Source: an uncultured Chloroflexia bacterium (lineage in GTDB: Bacteria > Chloroflexota > Dehalococcoidia > UBA2979). From it: 64,000 bases of DNA. The notes under the pieces were generated by a model that was not told the origin of the DNA, did no database searches, and saw only the letters and a program-made list of their open reading frames with translations. Every line of letters begins with the position of its first letter. Positions within the stretch are counted from its first letter, which is position 1. The DNA is taken from positions 1,696,001-1,760,000 of the forward strand of contig CAVSIV010000006.1 in NCBI GenBank assembly GCA_963728205.1. Direction: 5' to 3'. This document shows positions 28,397 to 38,473 of the stretch, one piece after another. A program made the position numbers and the translations under genes.

Positions 28397-29503
28397 ATGA
28401 CGACGACCGAGGCACGCACCGCGACCGCCGGGAGCGAGAGCGGCAAGACGCCCCAGTTCGACGAGACCAGCCGCCGGCTGCTCGACCTCGTGCAGGAGGG
28501 CTTCCCGCTCGACGCGCGGCCGTTCCGCGTGCTCGGCGAGCAGCTCGGCATCGACGAGGCCGAGACGCTCGCGCGCTTCCGCGAGGCGCGCGCCGCCGGC
28601 GTCGTCCGCCAGGTCTGCGCGATCTACGACACGAAGGCGCTCGGGTACTCGTCCGCGCTCGTCGCGATGCACGTCGAGCCCGAGCGGCTGAAGGCCGCGG
28701 CGGCCGTCATCAACGCGCACCCCGGCGTGTCGCACAACTACCGCCGCAACCACGACTTCAACATGTGGTTCACGGTCGCCATGCCGCCGGGCCACGACCT
28801 GGACGCCGTGATCCAGCGACTCCACGAGCTCTCCGGCGCCGAGTCGACGCGCCCGATGCCGACGCTCCGCCTCTTCAAGATCGCCGTGAACCTCGACCTC
28901 TCCGGCACGCGCGCGCTCGACGCGCGCGGCGAGCCCGAGTACACGGAGGAGCGCCGCATCGAGGCGCAGCAGCACACGCTGAGCGACGAGGACGTCGCGT
29001 ACATCTGCGCCACCCAGGGCGACCTCGCCGCCGTCGAGGAGCCGTACGCGCCCGTCGCCGCCGCGCTCGGCTGGGACCTCGAGCGCGTCTTCGCGCACGG
29101 CCGCGAGATGCAGGCAAAGGGCTTCCTCCGCCGCTTCGCCGCCATCCTCAACCACCGCACCGCCGGCTTCCGCGCGAACGGCATGGCCGTGTGGAACGTG
29201 CCGCCCGAGCGCATCGCCGAGTTCGGCCCGTTCGTCGCCGGCTACCGCAACGTCTCGCACTGCTACCAGCGCCCGACGTACCCCGACTGGCCGTACAGCG
29301 TGTTCTCGATGCTGCACCACCCGAAGGTCGCCGGCGTCGAGGAGACCGCCGCGGCGATCTCGGCGGAGACCGGCATCACCGACTACCGCGTCCTCTACTC
29401 GAGCACCGAGTTCAAGAAAATCCGCCTCCCGTACTTCATTCCCGAGTACGAGCAGTGGGAGTCGTTGTGCGAGGCGGCGGCGAAGGAGCACGGACTGCGA
29501 TGA
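28397..29503 (+). CDS. ahbAB: fused siroheme decarboxylase AhbA-AhbB (NirDL-like, Lrp/AsnC fold)
   Basis: FPL--RPF, HPGVSHNY-R---FNMWFT; second half NGMAVW-V, VSHCYQRPTYPDWPY-VFSMLH, LYSSTEFKK. Confidence 0.9.
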   Translation: MTTTEARTATAGSESGKTPQFDETSRRLLDLVQEGFPLDARPFRVLGEQLGIDEAETLARFREARAAGVVRQVCAIYDTKALGYSSALVAMHVEPERLKAAAAVINAHPGVSHNYRRNHDFNMWFTVAMPPGHDLDAVIQRLHELSGAESTRPMPTLRLFKIAVNLDLSGTRALDARGEPEYTEERRIEAQQHTLSDEDVAYICATQGDLAAVEEPYAPVAAALGWDLERVFAHGREMQAKGFLRRFAAILNHRTAGFRANGMAVWNVPPERIAEFGPFVAGYRNVSHCYQRPTYPDWPYSVFSMLHHPKVAGVEETAAAISAETGITDYRVLYSSTEFKKIRLPYFIPEYEQWESLCEAAAKEHGLR

Positions 29504-30537
29504 CGAGCGAGCGCAAGCGTCGCGCATCCGCGGCGAAGCCGAAGCCGGCCGCGACGGCGAGCGGAAGGCCTCCCGGCCTTCCGACTCAACCACGGCCCGC
29601 CCCGGCCGCCGCCAGGCCGAAGCCCGCCGACAAGCACAGGGCCGGGCCGAAGGCGAAGGCCGCGAAGCCGAAAGCCGCGAAGCCGAAGGTCGCGAAGCCC
29701 GCGGCGAAGCAGGCTCCCGCCGCCCCCGCCGCCGCGACGAACGGCGCGCACGCCCCGGCGCACCCGCACGCCGGCGCCGGCGCCCACCACCCGCACCCTG
29801 CCTCCACGGGCGGCGCCCCGCGGCCCGTCATGCGCGGCGTTCAGAACGTGAAGTTCTCCTTCTACCGCGTCGCCGACGCCGTCCGCGCCGCCCCCGCCGA
29901 CGAGCGCGCCGCCCTCGGGCGCGAGCTGCGCGCCGCCCTCGACCGCTCCGCGCAGCGCATGCTCACGCGCGCCTACTCCACCGTCGGCACCCGCGCCGAC
30001 AGCGACTTCCTCGTGTGGCAGGTCCACGACGACCTCGCGGTGATCATGGACTGGCACGCCGAGCTGCTCGCGAGCGACCTCGGCTGGGCGCTCGAGCGCT
30101 CGCACTCGTTCCTCTCCATGACCATGCGCTCGCAGTACACCAACGAGTTGCACGAGGGCATCGGCGGCCGCGACCGCCTGCGCTCCGACGGCGGCCGGGA
30201 CGACTACCTCTTCGTCTACCCGATGGCGAAGACGCGTGCCTGGTACACGCTCCCGCAGGCCGAGCGGCAGCGGATCATGGACGAGCACATCGCGATCGGC
30301 CACCGCTACCACGGCATCAAGATCAACACGACGTACTCGTACGGCCTCGACGACCAGGAGTTCGTCGTCGCCTTCGAGGGCAACGACCCGGGCGAGTTCC
30401 TCGCGCTCGTGCGCGAGCTGCGCGACTCCGAGTCGTCGTCCTACACGCTCTTCGACACCCCAATGTTCACGTGCCGCCGCGTCGACTCCGCCGGCCTGCT
30501 CGCGCAGATCGGGCTCGCCGCGCCGGCACGTTCGTGA
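29500..30537 (+). CDS. chlorite-dismutase family protein, probable coproheme decarboxylase (ChdC/HemQ), with long basic N-terminal extension
   Basis: YSTVGTRADSD, YPMAKTRAWYTL---ERQRIMDEH, TTYSYGLDDQEFVVAFE; heme-cluster context. Confidence 0.82.
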   Translation: MTSERKRRASAAKPKPAATASGRPPGLPTQPRPAPAAARPKPADKHRAGPKAKAAKPKAAKPKVAKPAAKQAPAAPAAATNGAHAPAHPHAGAGAHHPHPASTGGAPRPVMRGVQNVKFSFYRVADAVRAAPADERAALGRELRAALDRSAQRMLTRAYSTVGTRADSDFLVWQVHDDLAVIMDWHAELLASDLGWALERSHSFLSMTMRSQYTNELHEGIGGRDRLRSDGGRDDYLFVYPMAKTRAWYTLPQAERQRIMDEHIAIGHRYHGIKINTTYSYGLDDQEFVVAFEGNDPGEFLALVRELRDSESSSYTLFDTPMFTCRRVDSAGLLAQIGLAAPARS

Positions 30538-30548
30538 GCGCCTCGGGA

Positions 30549-30587
30549 TTGCCGCTCTGGCGCGACATAGGTAGCATTCGAAATGCT
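30549..30587 (+). promoter_or_regulatory. putative promoter with overlapping palindrome
   Basis: TTGCCG-17 nt-TAGCAT; AGCAT-TCGAA-ATGCT at 30573-30587. Confidence 0.55.
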
Positions 30588-30686
30588 CTCACCGGATCGA
30601 GCGGTTTGCACAGATTTGCCGGACACCCACCACCGTCCGGTCGACCGCTCGGGGATCGCGCGTTCCGCTCCCGGGAGGGCTCGTCC

Positions 30687-31334
30687 ATGACCTCGAAGCT
30701 CAACGGCAGCAATGGCAGCAGCGCCAACGGGGCCCACGCGCAGACGCGCTGGGTGAACCTCGCGCGTGCCTGCAACATCCTCGGCGTCAACGAGTCGACG
30801 GTGCGGCGCTGGGCCGACGCGGGTCAGATTCGCTGCTTCCGCACCCCCGGCGGGCACCGCCGCTTCGCGGAGAGCGATCTGCAGGCGATGACCGAGGGCC
30901 GCACCGCGCCCGACCAGGAGCTGAAGAGCGCCGCGGTCTCGCGGATCCACCGCCAGCTGCAGGGCGCCGACAAGGACAACGGCTGGTACCAGCAGCTCGA
31001 GGCCGATCAGCGCGACATGTTGCGCCCGCTCGGCCGGCGGCTGGTGGAGATCGTCGACGACTACATCGCGCGCCGCGGCCGGCGGGCCGACCTCGAAGAG
31101 GAGGTCGGCGGCATCGGCGAGGAGTACGGCCGGCAGCTGCGCGGCCGCGACATGCCGCTCGTGCAGGCGATGCAGGCGTTCACGTTCTTCCGGCGCTCGC
31201 TCGACGAGACCGCGAAGCAGCTCGCCGACCGCAAGCGGATGTCGCCCGAGGACGCGGCGCGGGCGCGCGAGGAGATCGCCGGGCTGGCCGACCGCGTGCT
31301 GCTCGGCGTCAGCAACGCATACGAGAGCCACTAG
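30687..31334 (+). CDS. BldC/excisionase-type (truncated MerR) HTH regulator with helical C-terminal domain
   Basis: LARACNILGVNESTVRRWADAG-I-CFRTPGGHRRF. Confidence 0.85.
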   Translation: MTSKLNGSNGSSANGAHAQTRWVNLARACNILGVNESTVRRWADAGQIRCFRTPGGHRRFAESDLQAMTEGRTAPDQELKSAAVSRIHRQLQGADKDNGWYQQLEADQRDMLRPLGRRLVEIVDDYIARRGRRADLEEEVGGIGEEYGRQLRGRDMPLVQAMQAFTFFRRSLDETAKQLADRKRMSPEDAARAREEIAGLADRVLLGVSNAYESH

Positions 31335-31397
31335 GCGGCCGGGCCGCCAGCATCGAGCCGGGCGGTCCCTCCGCGCCGGACCCACGGAACGGACGCG

Positions 31398-32138
31398 ATG
31401 GCCTACTACCCGATCTTCCTGCAGGTGGAGCGCAAGCCCGTGCTGCTCGTCGGCGGCGGGCACGTCGCGCTCGAGAAGATCGGCAAGCTCGTCGACGCCG
31501 GCGCCGACGTCACCGTGGTCGCGCCCGAGCGCATCCCCGCGGTGCAGGCGTTCGTCGACGACGGCCGGGCGCGGCTGCGCGATCGCGCGTTCCAGGACGG
31601 CGACACCGAGGGCTTCGAGCTGGTGATGGTCGCGACCGACGACGGTGCGGTAAACCGCCGCGTCGCCGACGAGGCGCGCGGGCGCGGCATCCTCGTCAAC
31701 GCCGCCGACGACGTCGCGAACTGCGACTTCATCCTGCCGTCGCTCGTGCGTCGCGGCGAGATCGCGATCGCCGCCTCCACCGGCGGCAGCAGCCCCGCGA
31801 TGGCGCGCTGGCTGCGCGAGCGGCTCGACGCATTCCTCTCCGACGAGGTCGTCGCGCTGGGCGACTTGCTCGCGGAGGTGCGGCGCGAGGTGCGCACGCG
31901 CGACCGCGCCTGCGCCGCCGAGTGCACGCGCACGCGCACGCCGCCGCCGCTGTTGTGCGACGCGTGCCCCAACCGCATCCACCCCGACGCCTGGCAGGCG
32001 GCGATCGACGGCGAGCTGCTGTCGCTGCTCGCGCAGGGGGCGCGGGAGCAGGCGCAGGCGCTGCTGCGCGAGCGCCTGGGGATTGCCGCGCCGCTGCAGC
32101 CCGCGCCGTGGTGGCGCGAGAGCGAGGTGCGTTCGTGA
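31398..32138 (+). CDS. precorrin-2 dehydrogenase / sirohydrochlorin ferrochelatase (Met8/SirC/CysG-N)
   Basis: YYPIFL, VGGGHVA-EK, VNAADD---CDFILP, STGGSSPA. Confidence 0.9.
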   Translation: MAYYPIFLQVERKPVLLVGGGHVALEKIGKLVDAGADVTVVAPERIPAVQAFVDDGRARLRDRAFQDGDTEGFELVMVATDDGAVNRRVADEARGRGILVNAADDVANCDFILPSLVRRGEIAIAASTGGSSPAMARWLRERLDAFLSDEVVALGDLLAEVRREVRTRDRACAAECTRTRTPPPLLCDACPNRIHPDAWQAAIDGELLSLLAQGAREQAQALLRERLGIAAPLQPAPWWRESEVRS

Positions 32139-32234
32139 CCGGAGCCGCCGGCACGCGCCGACCGACCCCGTCGGCGCCCGGAACCCGGCGCACAGCGGGC
32201 GTCACGCCCGCTGCTGGCGCCGTCCCCGTAACTG

Positions 32235-32323
32235 CCCCGGCCCGCGCCAGCCGCGGGCGCATGCCCGCGGTGCGCCGCGCCCCGGCCCGCGCCAGCCGCG
32301 GGCGCATGCCCGCGGTGCGCCGC
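32235..32323. repeat. 45-bp tandem duplication upstream of hemA
   Basis: ccccggcccgcgccagccgcgggcgcatgcccgcggtgcgccgc twice. Confidence 0.75.
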
Positions 32324-32388
32324 GGCGCGTGCCCGAGCGTGGCGCCGGGGGGCGACCCCCGGCCCGCGACCACCCCGGCGGTAGCCTC

Positions 32389-33678
32389 GTGATCACCCAG
32401 GCCGGCATCTCCCACCGCAGCGCACCCCTCGAGGTGCGCGAGCGCCTCACCATCCCCGCCGAGCGCGTCCCGGACGTGCTCGCCCGCGTCCGCCGCCGCT
32501 TCGGCGCCGGGTCGCTGCTCTCCACCTGCAACCGCTTCGAGCTCTACCTCGCCGGCGAGTTCGAGCGCGACGACGTCGTCGGCTTCCTCGCCGACGAGTT
32601 CGGGGCCGACGACGAGGACGTCGACGGCCACTTCCAGATCCGCTACGGGCCGGACGCCGTGCGCCACCTCTACGGCGTCGCCTCCGGCATCGACTCGATG
32701 GTGATCGGCGAGACCGAGATCCTCGGGCAGGTGCGCGCCGCGTTCTCGGCGACCGTCGCCGCCGGTGCCGACGACGCGCTGCTGTCGCGCCTTTTCCACA
32801 CCGCCATCCGCACCGGCCGCCGCGCACGCGCCGAGACCGAGATCGGGCGGCACGCGCTGTCCGTCTCGTCGATCGCCGTGCAGCAGGCGCGCGCGCTCTT
32901 CCCGCGCCTCGAGGCCGCGACCGTGCTCGTGATCGGCGCCGGCGAGGCCGGGCGGCTCTCGGCGCAGTCGCTCGTCGAGCAGGGCGTGCGCGACGTCGTC
33001 GTCGTGAACCGCACCCTCGAGCGCGCGGAGTCGCTCGCCGCCGAGCTCGGCGGCGCGGCGCTGCCGTTCGAGCGGCTGGGCGACGCGCTCGCCTCCGCGC
33101 ACGTCGTGCTCGCGTCCACCGGCGCGCCCGAGACGCTCGTCGACGCCGACGCCCTGCGCGCGGCGCTCGCCCGCCGCGAGGGCGCCGTGCCGCTGCTGAT
33201 CGTCGACATCGGCGTCCCGCGCGACTTCAATCCTGCGGTGCGCGGCCTGCCCGGCGTCACCTACCAGGACCTCGACGACCTGCAGGCGATCGCCGACACC
33301 AACGCCGCGCGCCGCGAGGGCGAGGTCGGCCGCGTGCGCGAGCTGGTCGACGTCGAGACCGGCCACTTCCTCGAGTGGTGGGAGCAGCTGCAGGTGATCC
33401 CGACCATCAGCGCGCTGACCGATCGCGCCGAGGCGCTGCGCCGCGCGGAGGTCGCGAAGACGCTGCGCCGGCTGCGGGTCGAGGACGGCGACCGCGCGCA
33501 CGTCGAGGAGCTGTTCGACGCGCTGAGCAAGGCCGTCGTGAAGCAGATCCTGCACGACCCGATCACGGCGCTGCGCGAGCGCGGCGACCGCGACGTCTAC
33601 GTCGAGGCCACGCGCCGCCTCTTCGGGCTCGATGACGCCGCCACGCGTCGCGACGACCGCGACGACCCCGCGCGGTGA
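32389..33678 (+). CDS. hemA: glutamyl-tRNA reductase
   Basis: GISHRSAPLEVRERL, LSTCNRFELY, GIDSMVIGETEILGQV, IGAGE, DIGVPRD. Confidence 0.95.
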   Translation: MITQAGISHRSAPLEVRERLTIPAERVPDVLARVRRRFGAGSLLSTCNRFELYLAGEFERDDVVGFLADEFGADDEDVDGHFQIRYGPDAVRHLYGVASGIDSMVIGETEILGQVRAAFSATVAAGADDALLSRLFHTAIRTGRRARAETEIGRHALSVSSIAVQQARALFPRLEAATVLVIGAGEAGRLSAQSLVEQGVRDVVVVNRTLERAESLAAELGGAALPFERLGDALASAHVVLASTGAPETLVDADALRAALARREGAVPLLIVDIGVPRDFNPAVRGLPGVTYQDLDDLQAIADTNAARREGEVGRVRELVDVETGHFLEWWEQLQVIPTISALTDRAEALRRAEVAKTLRRLRVEDGDRAHVEELFDALSKAVVKQILHDPITALRERGDRDVYVEATRRLFGLDDAATRRDDRDDPAR

Positions 33679-34617
33679 GCGACACGCAACCCGCGCCGTC
33701 GCGCCTCCGCCTGCGGCTCGCCACGCGCGCCTCGCGACTGGCGCTCGCGCAGACGTCGATGGCCGTCGCGCGCCTGCGCGAGGCGCTGCCCGACCTCGAG
33801 ACCGAGACCGTGGAGGTCACCACCGAGGGCGACCGCGACCGGGCGACGCCGCTCACGGTGCTCGGCGGGCGCGGCGTGTTCGTCGTCGCGGTCGAGGAGG
33901 CGCTGCTCGACGGCCGCGCCGACGTCGCGGTGCACTCGCTGAAGGACGTGCCGTCGGAGCCGGTGCCGGGCCTCGAGCTGGCCGCGCTGATCGAGCGCGG
34001 CGACCCGCGCGACGTCTTCGTCGGCTCCGGCGGCCGGCGGCTCGCGGAGCTGCCGGCCGGCGCGCGCGTCGGCACCAGCTCGCGGCGGCGCGCGGGGCTG
34101 CTGCGCGCGATGCGTCCCGATCTCCGAGATCGTCGACATCCGCGGCAACGTCGACACGCGCCTGCGCAAGGTCGCCGACGGCGAGTACGACGGCACGATC
34201 CTCGCCGCCGCCGGGCTCGTGCGGCTCGGTCGCATGGACGACGCGACGGAGATCTTCGACGCGCTGGAGTTCCTCCCCGCGCCCGGCCAGGGCGTGATCG
34301 CGCTGGAGTGCCGCGCCGACGACGACGCCACGCGCGCCGCGCTCGCCGCCGTCGACCACGCGCCGACGCGCGCCGCCGTCACCGCCGAGCGCGCGTTCCT
34401 TGCCGCGCTCGGCTCGGGGTGCGACCTGCCGGTCGGCGCGTACGGGCGCGTCGAGGGCGACCGCGTCCTGCTGCGCGCGATGCTCGGCGGGGAGGAGCCA
34501 TCGGAAGCGCCGCTCTTCGGCGACGCGTCGGGGCCGCTCCGCGACGCCGCGACGCTCGGCCGCGAGCTGGGCGAGCGGCTGCTCGCCCGGCGCGAGCGCG
34601 GAGGGCCGGCGACGTGA
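33675..34617 (+). CDS. hemC: hydroxymethylbilane synthase, one frameshift near 34124
   Basis: ATRASRLALAQ, AVHSLKDVP, GTSSRRR; then IRGNVDTRLRK, PAPGQG, LGSGCDLPVG in the next frame. Confidence 0.9.
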
Positions 34618-36194
34618 GCGAGGCGCCACTCGGCCACGTGTGGCTCGTCGGCGCCGGCCCCGGCGACCCGGGGCTGATCACCGCGACCGGGCTCGCCGCG
34701 CTGCGGCAGGCCGAGGTCGTGCTGTTCGACCGCCTCGCCCCGCACGCGCTGCTCGACGAGGTGCCGGCCGGCGCGGAGCGGATCGACGTCGGCAAGGCGG
34801 CGGGCGATCACACGATGACGCAGGACGAGATCAACGCCGCGCTCGTGGAGCACGGCCGCGCGGGCAGGCGCGTCGTGCGGCTGAAGGGCGGCGACCCGTA
34901 CGTCTTCGGCCGCGGCGGCGAGGAGGCGATGGCGCTCGCCGACGCGGGCGTGCCGTGCACGGTCGTGCCCGGCGTGACCTCCGCCATCGGCGGGCTCGCG
35001 CTCGGCGGCATCCCCGTCACGCACCGCGGCGTCGCGACGTCGTTCGCCGTCGTCACCGGCCACGAGGACCCGACGAAGCCCGCGGCGCAGGTGCACTGGG
35101 AGCGGCTCGCCACCGCCGCCGACACGCTCGTGATCCTGATGGGCGTCGGCCGGCTCGACGGCATCGCGTCGGCGCTCGTCGCCGGCGGGCGGCCCGCCGA
35201 CACGCCCGCCGCGCTCGTGCAGGAGGCGTCGACGCCGGCGCAGCGCGTGCTGACGTCGACGCTCGCGCGCATCGCCGACGACGCCCGCGCCGCCGGCATC
35301 GGCGCGCCGGCGCTGTTCGTCGTCGGCGACGTCGCGGGACTGCAGGCGCAGCTCGCGCCGGCGCGGCTGGCCCCGCTCGCCGGCAAGCGCGTGCTCGTCA
35401 CGCGCACGCGCGCGCAGGCCTCCGCGCTCGCCGACCTGCTGCGCCTCGAGGGCGCGCACCCCGTGCTGCTCCCCGCGCTCGAGCTCGAGCGCCGCGTCGA
35501 CGCCGACGGGCTCGGCCGCGCGATGTCGCGGCTCGAGCTGCGGCAGTACCGCTGGACGGTCTTCACGTCGGCGAACGCCGTCGACGTCTTCCTCGACGAG
35601 CTGTGGTCGCGCGGCGCCGATGCGCGCTCACTCGCCAGCGCCGAGGTCTGCGCGATCGGCCGCGGCACCGCCGACGCGCTCGCGCGGCGCGGCATCCGCG
35701 CCGACCTCGTGCCGGAGGAGGCCGTCGGCGAGGCGGTGGTCGACGCGATGCGCCGCCACGGCCACGGCGGCCACGCCGGCGACCGCGGCCGCGTCGCCGG
35801 CACGACGCTCGCCGGCGCGAACGTCCTGCTCCCCCGCGCCGAGGGCGGCCGCGACGTGCTGCCCGACGGCCTGCGCGCCGCCGGCGCGAGGGTCGACGAG
35901 CTGACGCTCTACCTCGCCGCGCCGCCCGCCGCCGCGCCGGCGGAGGTGCTGGAGCAGGTGCGGCGCGGCGAGATCGACGTCGTCACGTTCACGTCGTCGT
36001 CGACCGTGAAGAACCTCGCGACGCTGCTCGACGGCGACCTCTCCCCGCTGCGCGGGGCCGTCGTCGCGTGCATCGGGCCGGTGGTGGCGGAGACGGCCGC
36101 GGCGCTGGGGCTGCCGCCGCAGGTGGTCGCGGAGGAGCACAGCATCCCCGGGCTGGTGGCGGCGCTGCGCGGGTACCTACACTCGCGGAGATAA
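34614..36194 (+). CDS. cobA-hemD: uroporphyrinogen-III C-methyltransferase / synthase fusion (CobA-HemD)
   Basis: LVGAGPGDPGLIT, RLKGGDPYVFGRGGEE; VLVTR, FTSANAV, FTSSSTV, CIGP. Confidence 0.93.
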   Translation: MSEAPLGHVWLVGAGPGDPGLITATGLAALRQAEVVLFDRLAPHALLDEVPAGAERIDVGKAAGDHTMTQDEINAALVEHGRAGRRVVRLKGGDPYVFGRGGEEAMALADAGVPCTVVPGVTSAIGGLALGGIPVTHRGVATSFAVVTGHEDPTKPAAQVHWERLATAADTLVILMGVGRLDGIASALVAGGRPADTPAALVQEASTPAQRVLTSTLARIADDARAAGIGAPALFVVGDVAGLQAQLAPARLAPLAGKRVLVTRTRAQASALADLLRLEGAHPVLLPALELERRVDADGLGRAMSRLELRQYRWTVFTSANAVDVFLDELWSRGADARSLASAEVCAIGRGTADALARRGIRADLVPEEAVGEAVVDAMRRHGHGGHAGDRGRVAGTTLAGANVLLPRAEGGRDVLPDGLRAAGARVDELTLYLAAPPAAAPAEVLEQVRRGEIDVVTFTSSSTVKNLATLLDGDLSPLRGAVVACIGPVVAETAAALGLPPQVVAEEHSIPGLVAALRGYLHSRR

Positions 36195-36208
36195 CCGGCC
36201 CGCGGCCG

Positions 36209-36264
36209 CGGCAGGCTTCAAGCCTGCCGCGCCCACAGCGGCGGCAGATATGCCGCCGACAGGT
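36209..36264. repeat. family D arm next to a half REPIN family A
   Basis: gcggcaggcttcaagcctgccgc then cccacagcggcggcagatatgccgccgacagg. Confidence 0.65.
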
Positions 36265-36308
36265 GGCGGCCGGCAGGCCGCCCACGGTCAGCAGCCAGGA
36301 GCACACCC

Positions 36309-37298
36309 ATGGTGATCACCACCCGCCGCACCTCGTTCACCCGCACCCGCCGCACGCGCCGCACCGAGGCGCTGCGCGGGCTCGTCCGCGAGACGCGGCT
36401 CGACCCCGCGCAGTTCATCTACCCGCTCTTCGTCACGCACGGCACGGACGTCCGCGACCCGATCGCGTCGATGCCCGGCCAGTCGCACCTCTCGGTCGAC
36501 CAGCTCGCGCGCGAGGCCGGCGAGCTGCGCGCGCTCGGCGTGCGCGCGGTGCTGCTGTTCGGCCTGCCCGCGGCGAAGGACGCGACCGGCAGCGAGGCCT
36601 ACGCCGCCGACGGCATCGTCCAGCAGGCGGCGCGCGCGCTGAAGGACGCCGACCCCGACCTCGCCGTCGTCGCCGACGTCTGCCTCTGCGAGTACACCGA
36701 CCACGGCCACTGCGGCGTGCTCACCGCGACCGGCGACGTCGACAACGACCCGTCGCTCGAGCTGCTCGCGCGCATGTCGGTCTCGCTCGCCGAGGCCGGC
36801 GCCGACGTCATCGCGCCCAGCGACATGATGGACGGCCGCGTCCGCGCCATCCGCGACGCGCTCGACGACGCCGGCCTCGTGTCGACCCCGATCATGGCCT
36901 ACAGCGCGAAGTACGCCTCCGCCTACTACGGCCCGTTCCGCGAGGCCGCCGACTCCGCGCCGCAGTTCGGCGACCGGCGCGGCTACCAGATGGACCCGCC
37001 CAACGTGCGCGAGGCGCTGCGCGAGGTGCAGGCCGACATCGAGGAGCAGGCCGACATCGTGATGGTGAAGCCCGCGCTCGCCTACCTCGACGTGATCCGC
37101 GCCGTGCGGGAGCGCACCGACATGCCGCTGTGCGCCTACAACGTCTCGGGCGAGTACGCGATGGTGAAGGCTGCGGTCGAGCGCGGCTGGCTCGACGAGC
37201 AGCGCGTCGTGCTGGAGACGCTCACGAGCATCGCGCGCGCCGGCGCCGACATGACCATCACCTACCACGCGAAGGACGCGGCGCAGTGGCTGGCCTGA
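36309..37298 (+). CDS. hemB: porphobilinogen synthase
   Basis: [58 protein letters not shown]. Confidence 0.96.
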   Translation: MVITTRRTSFTRTRRTRRTEALRGLVRETRLDPAQFIYPLFVTHGTDVRDPIASMPGQSHLSVDQLAREAGELRALGVRAVLLFGLPAAKDATGSEAYAADGIVQQAARALKDADPDLAVVADVCLCEYTDHGHCGVLTATGDVDNDPSLELLARMSVSLAEAGADVIAPSDMMDGRVRAIRDALDDAGLVSTPIMAYSAKYASAYYGPFREAADSAPQFGDRRGYQMDPPNVREALREVQADIEEQADIVMVKPALAYLDVIRAVRERTDMPLCAYNVSGEYAMVKAAVERGWLDEQRVVLETLTSIARAGADMTITYHAKDAAQWLA

Positions 37299-37301
37299 AA
37301 G

Positions 37302-37394
37302 CCAAAGCGGCGGCAGACATGCCGCCGACAGGACGCGGACGCAGTCCGCGGCTGGCGCCGCGCTTCTGTCGGCGGCATGTCTGCCGCCGCTTTG
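37302..37394. repeat. REPIN family A copy
   Basis: ccaaagcggcggcagacatgccgccgacag...ctgtcggcggcatgtctgccgccgctttgg. Confidence 0.88.
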
Positions 37395-37461
37395 GGATGT
37401 CGGCGCGCCGGGACGGCGCGCGCGAGCGCCGGCGTGAGCCGGCGGGAACACGACCCGCCGC

Positions 37462-38262
37462 GTGACCACTCCGGCCCCCTTCGACCCGTCGCCGATCCGC
37501 GCCGTGGCCTTCGACGGCTACGGCACCGTCATCGACTTCCACAACGTCGAGTTCCGCCTCGCCGTCGACGAGCTGCTCGCGGACCAGGGCATCGAGCTGG
37601 ACAACGACGCCTTCTTCAAGGCGTGGGTCGGCTCGTACGGCAAGGCGAGCCCGTGGGCGGCGACGGCGCGCGAGGGCGACGAGGGCAACCGCGAGCGCAT
37701 GCTCGACGGGCCGCTGCCGGAGTGGGTGTCGACGCACGCCATCTGGAGGCGGCAGTTCGACCTCGCGTACACGCAGTTCGGCGTGCGCGGCGACAGCGAG
37801 ACGTCGGCCGACCGGCTGCGCGACCTGCTCTCGCACGCGAAGCCGTACGCCGACGCGCGCGCCACGCTCGAGGCGATCGACGCGGCCGGCCTGCGGCTCG
37901 GCCTGCTGTCGAACGCCGATGAGGACTTCCTGCAGAGCGCACTGTCGCTCGGGCGGCTGCGGTTCTCGGCGATCCAGTCGTCGGAGTCGCTGCGCGCGTA
38001 CAAGCCGCACCGAGCGGTGTTCGTCGCGATCTGCGCGCGGCTCGGGTGCGAGCCGGACGAGGTGCTGTACGTCGGCGACTCGCCCTACTCCGACGTGAAC
38101 GGCGCGCACCACGCCGGCCTGCGCACCGCGTGGGTGCGACGCGGCGAGACGGACGCGTACCCGGAGCAGGTCGCGCGGCCGGACGTGACGGTGGCGCAGC
38201 TGGCGGAGCTGGTCGACGTGCTGGGCGCGCGGGAGCGGGTTCCCGGCGAGCGGCAGGCGTGA
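37462..38262 (+). CDS. HAD-family hydrolase
   Basis: FDGYGTV, LSNAD, YKP, YVGDSPYSDV-GA. Confidence 0.88.
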   Translation: MTTPAPFDPSPIRAVAFDGYGTVIDFHNVEFRLAVDELLADQGIELDNDAFFKAWVGSYGKASPWAATAREGDEGNRERMLDGPLPEWVSTHAIWRRQFDLAYTQFGVRGDSETSADRLRDLLSHAKPYADARATLEAIDAAGLRLGLLSNADEDFLQSALSLGRLRFSAIQSSESLRAYKPHRAVFVAICARLGCEPDEVLYVGDSPYSDVNGAHHAGLRTAWVRRGETDAYPEQVARPDVTVAQLAELVDVLGARERVPGERQA

Positions 38263-38277
38263 GTCCTCGTCGGAACG

Positions 38278-38371
38278 TCAAAGCGGCGGCAGATATGCCG
38301 CCGACAGGACGCGGACGCAGTCCGCGGCTGGCGCCGCGCTTCTGTCGGCGGCATATCTGCCGCCGCTTTGG
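38278..38371. repeat. REPIN family A copy
   Basis: Nearly identical to the 37302 copy including the spacer. Confidence 0.88.
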
Positions 38372-38473
38372 GTGACGTTCATGCGCGCACGGCGCCCCGC
38401 CGCGGCATGTCGACGGCCGCGCGTCGAGCGCGTGCGGAAGCGCGCGGTTTACTCCAGCTAGAAAGGTCCCCCC

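Noticed and set aside
33675-36194. 839-aa HemC-CobA-HemD triple fusion
   Set aside because: Artefact of an extra C near 34124; HemC continues in another frame to 34617 and cobA starts at 34614
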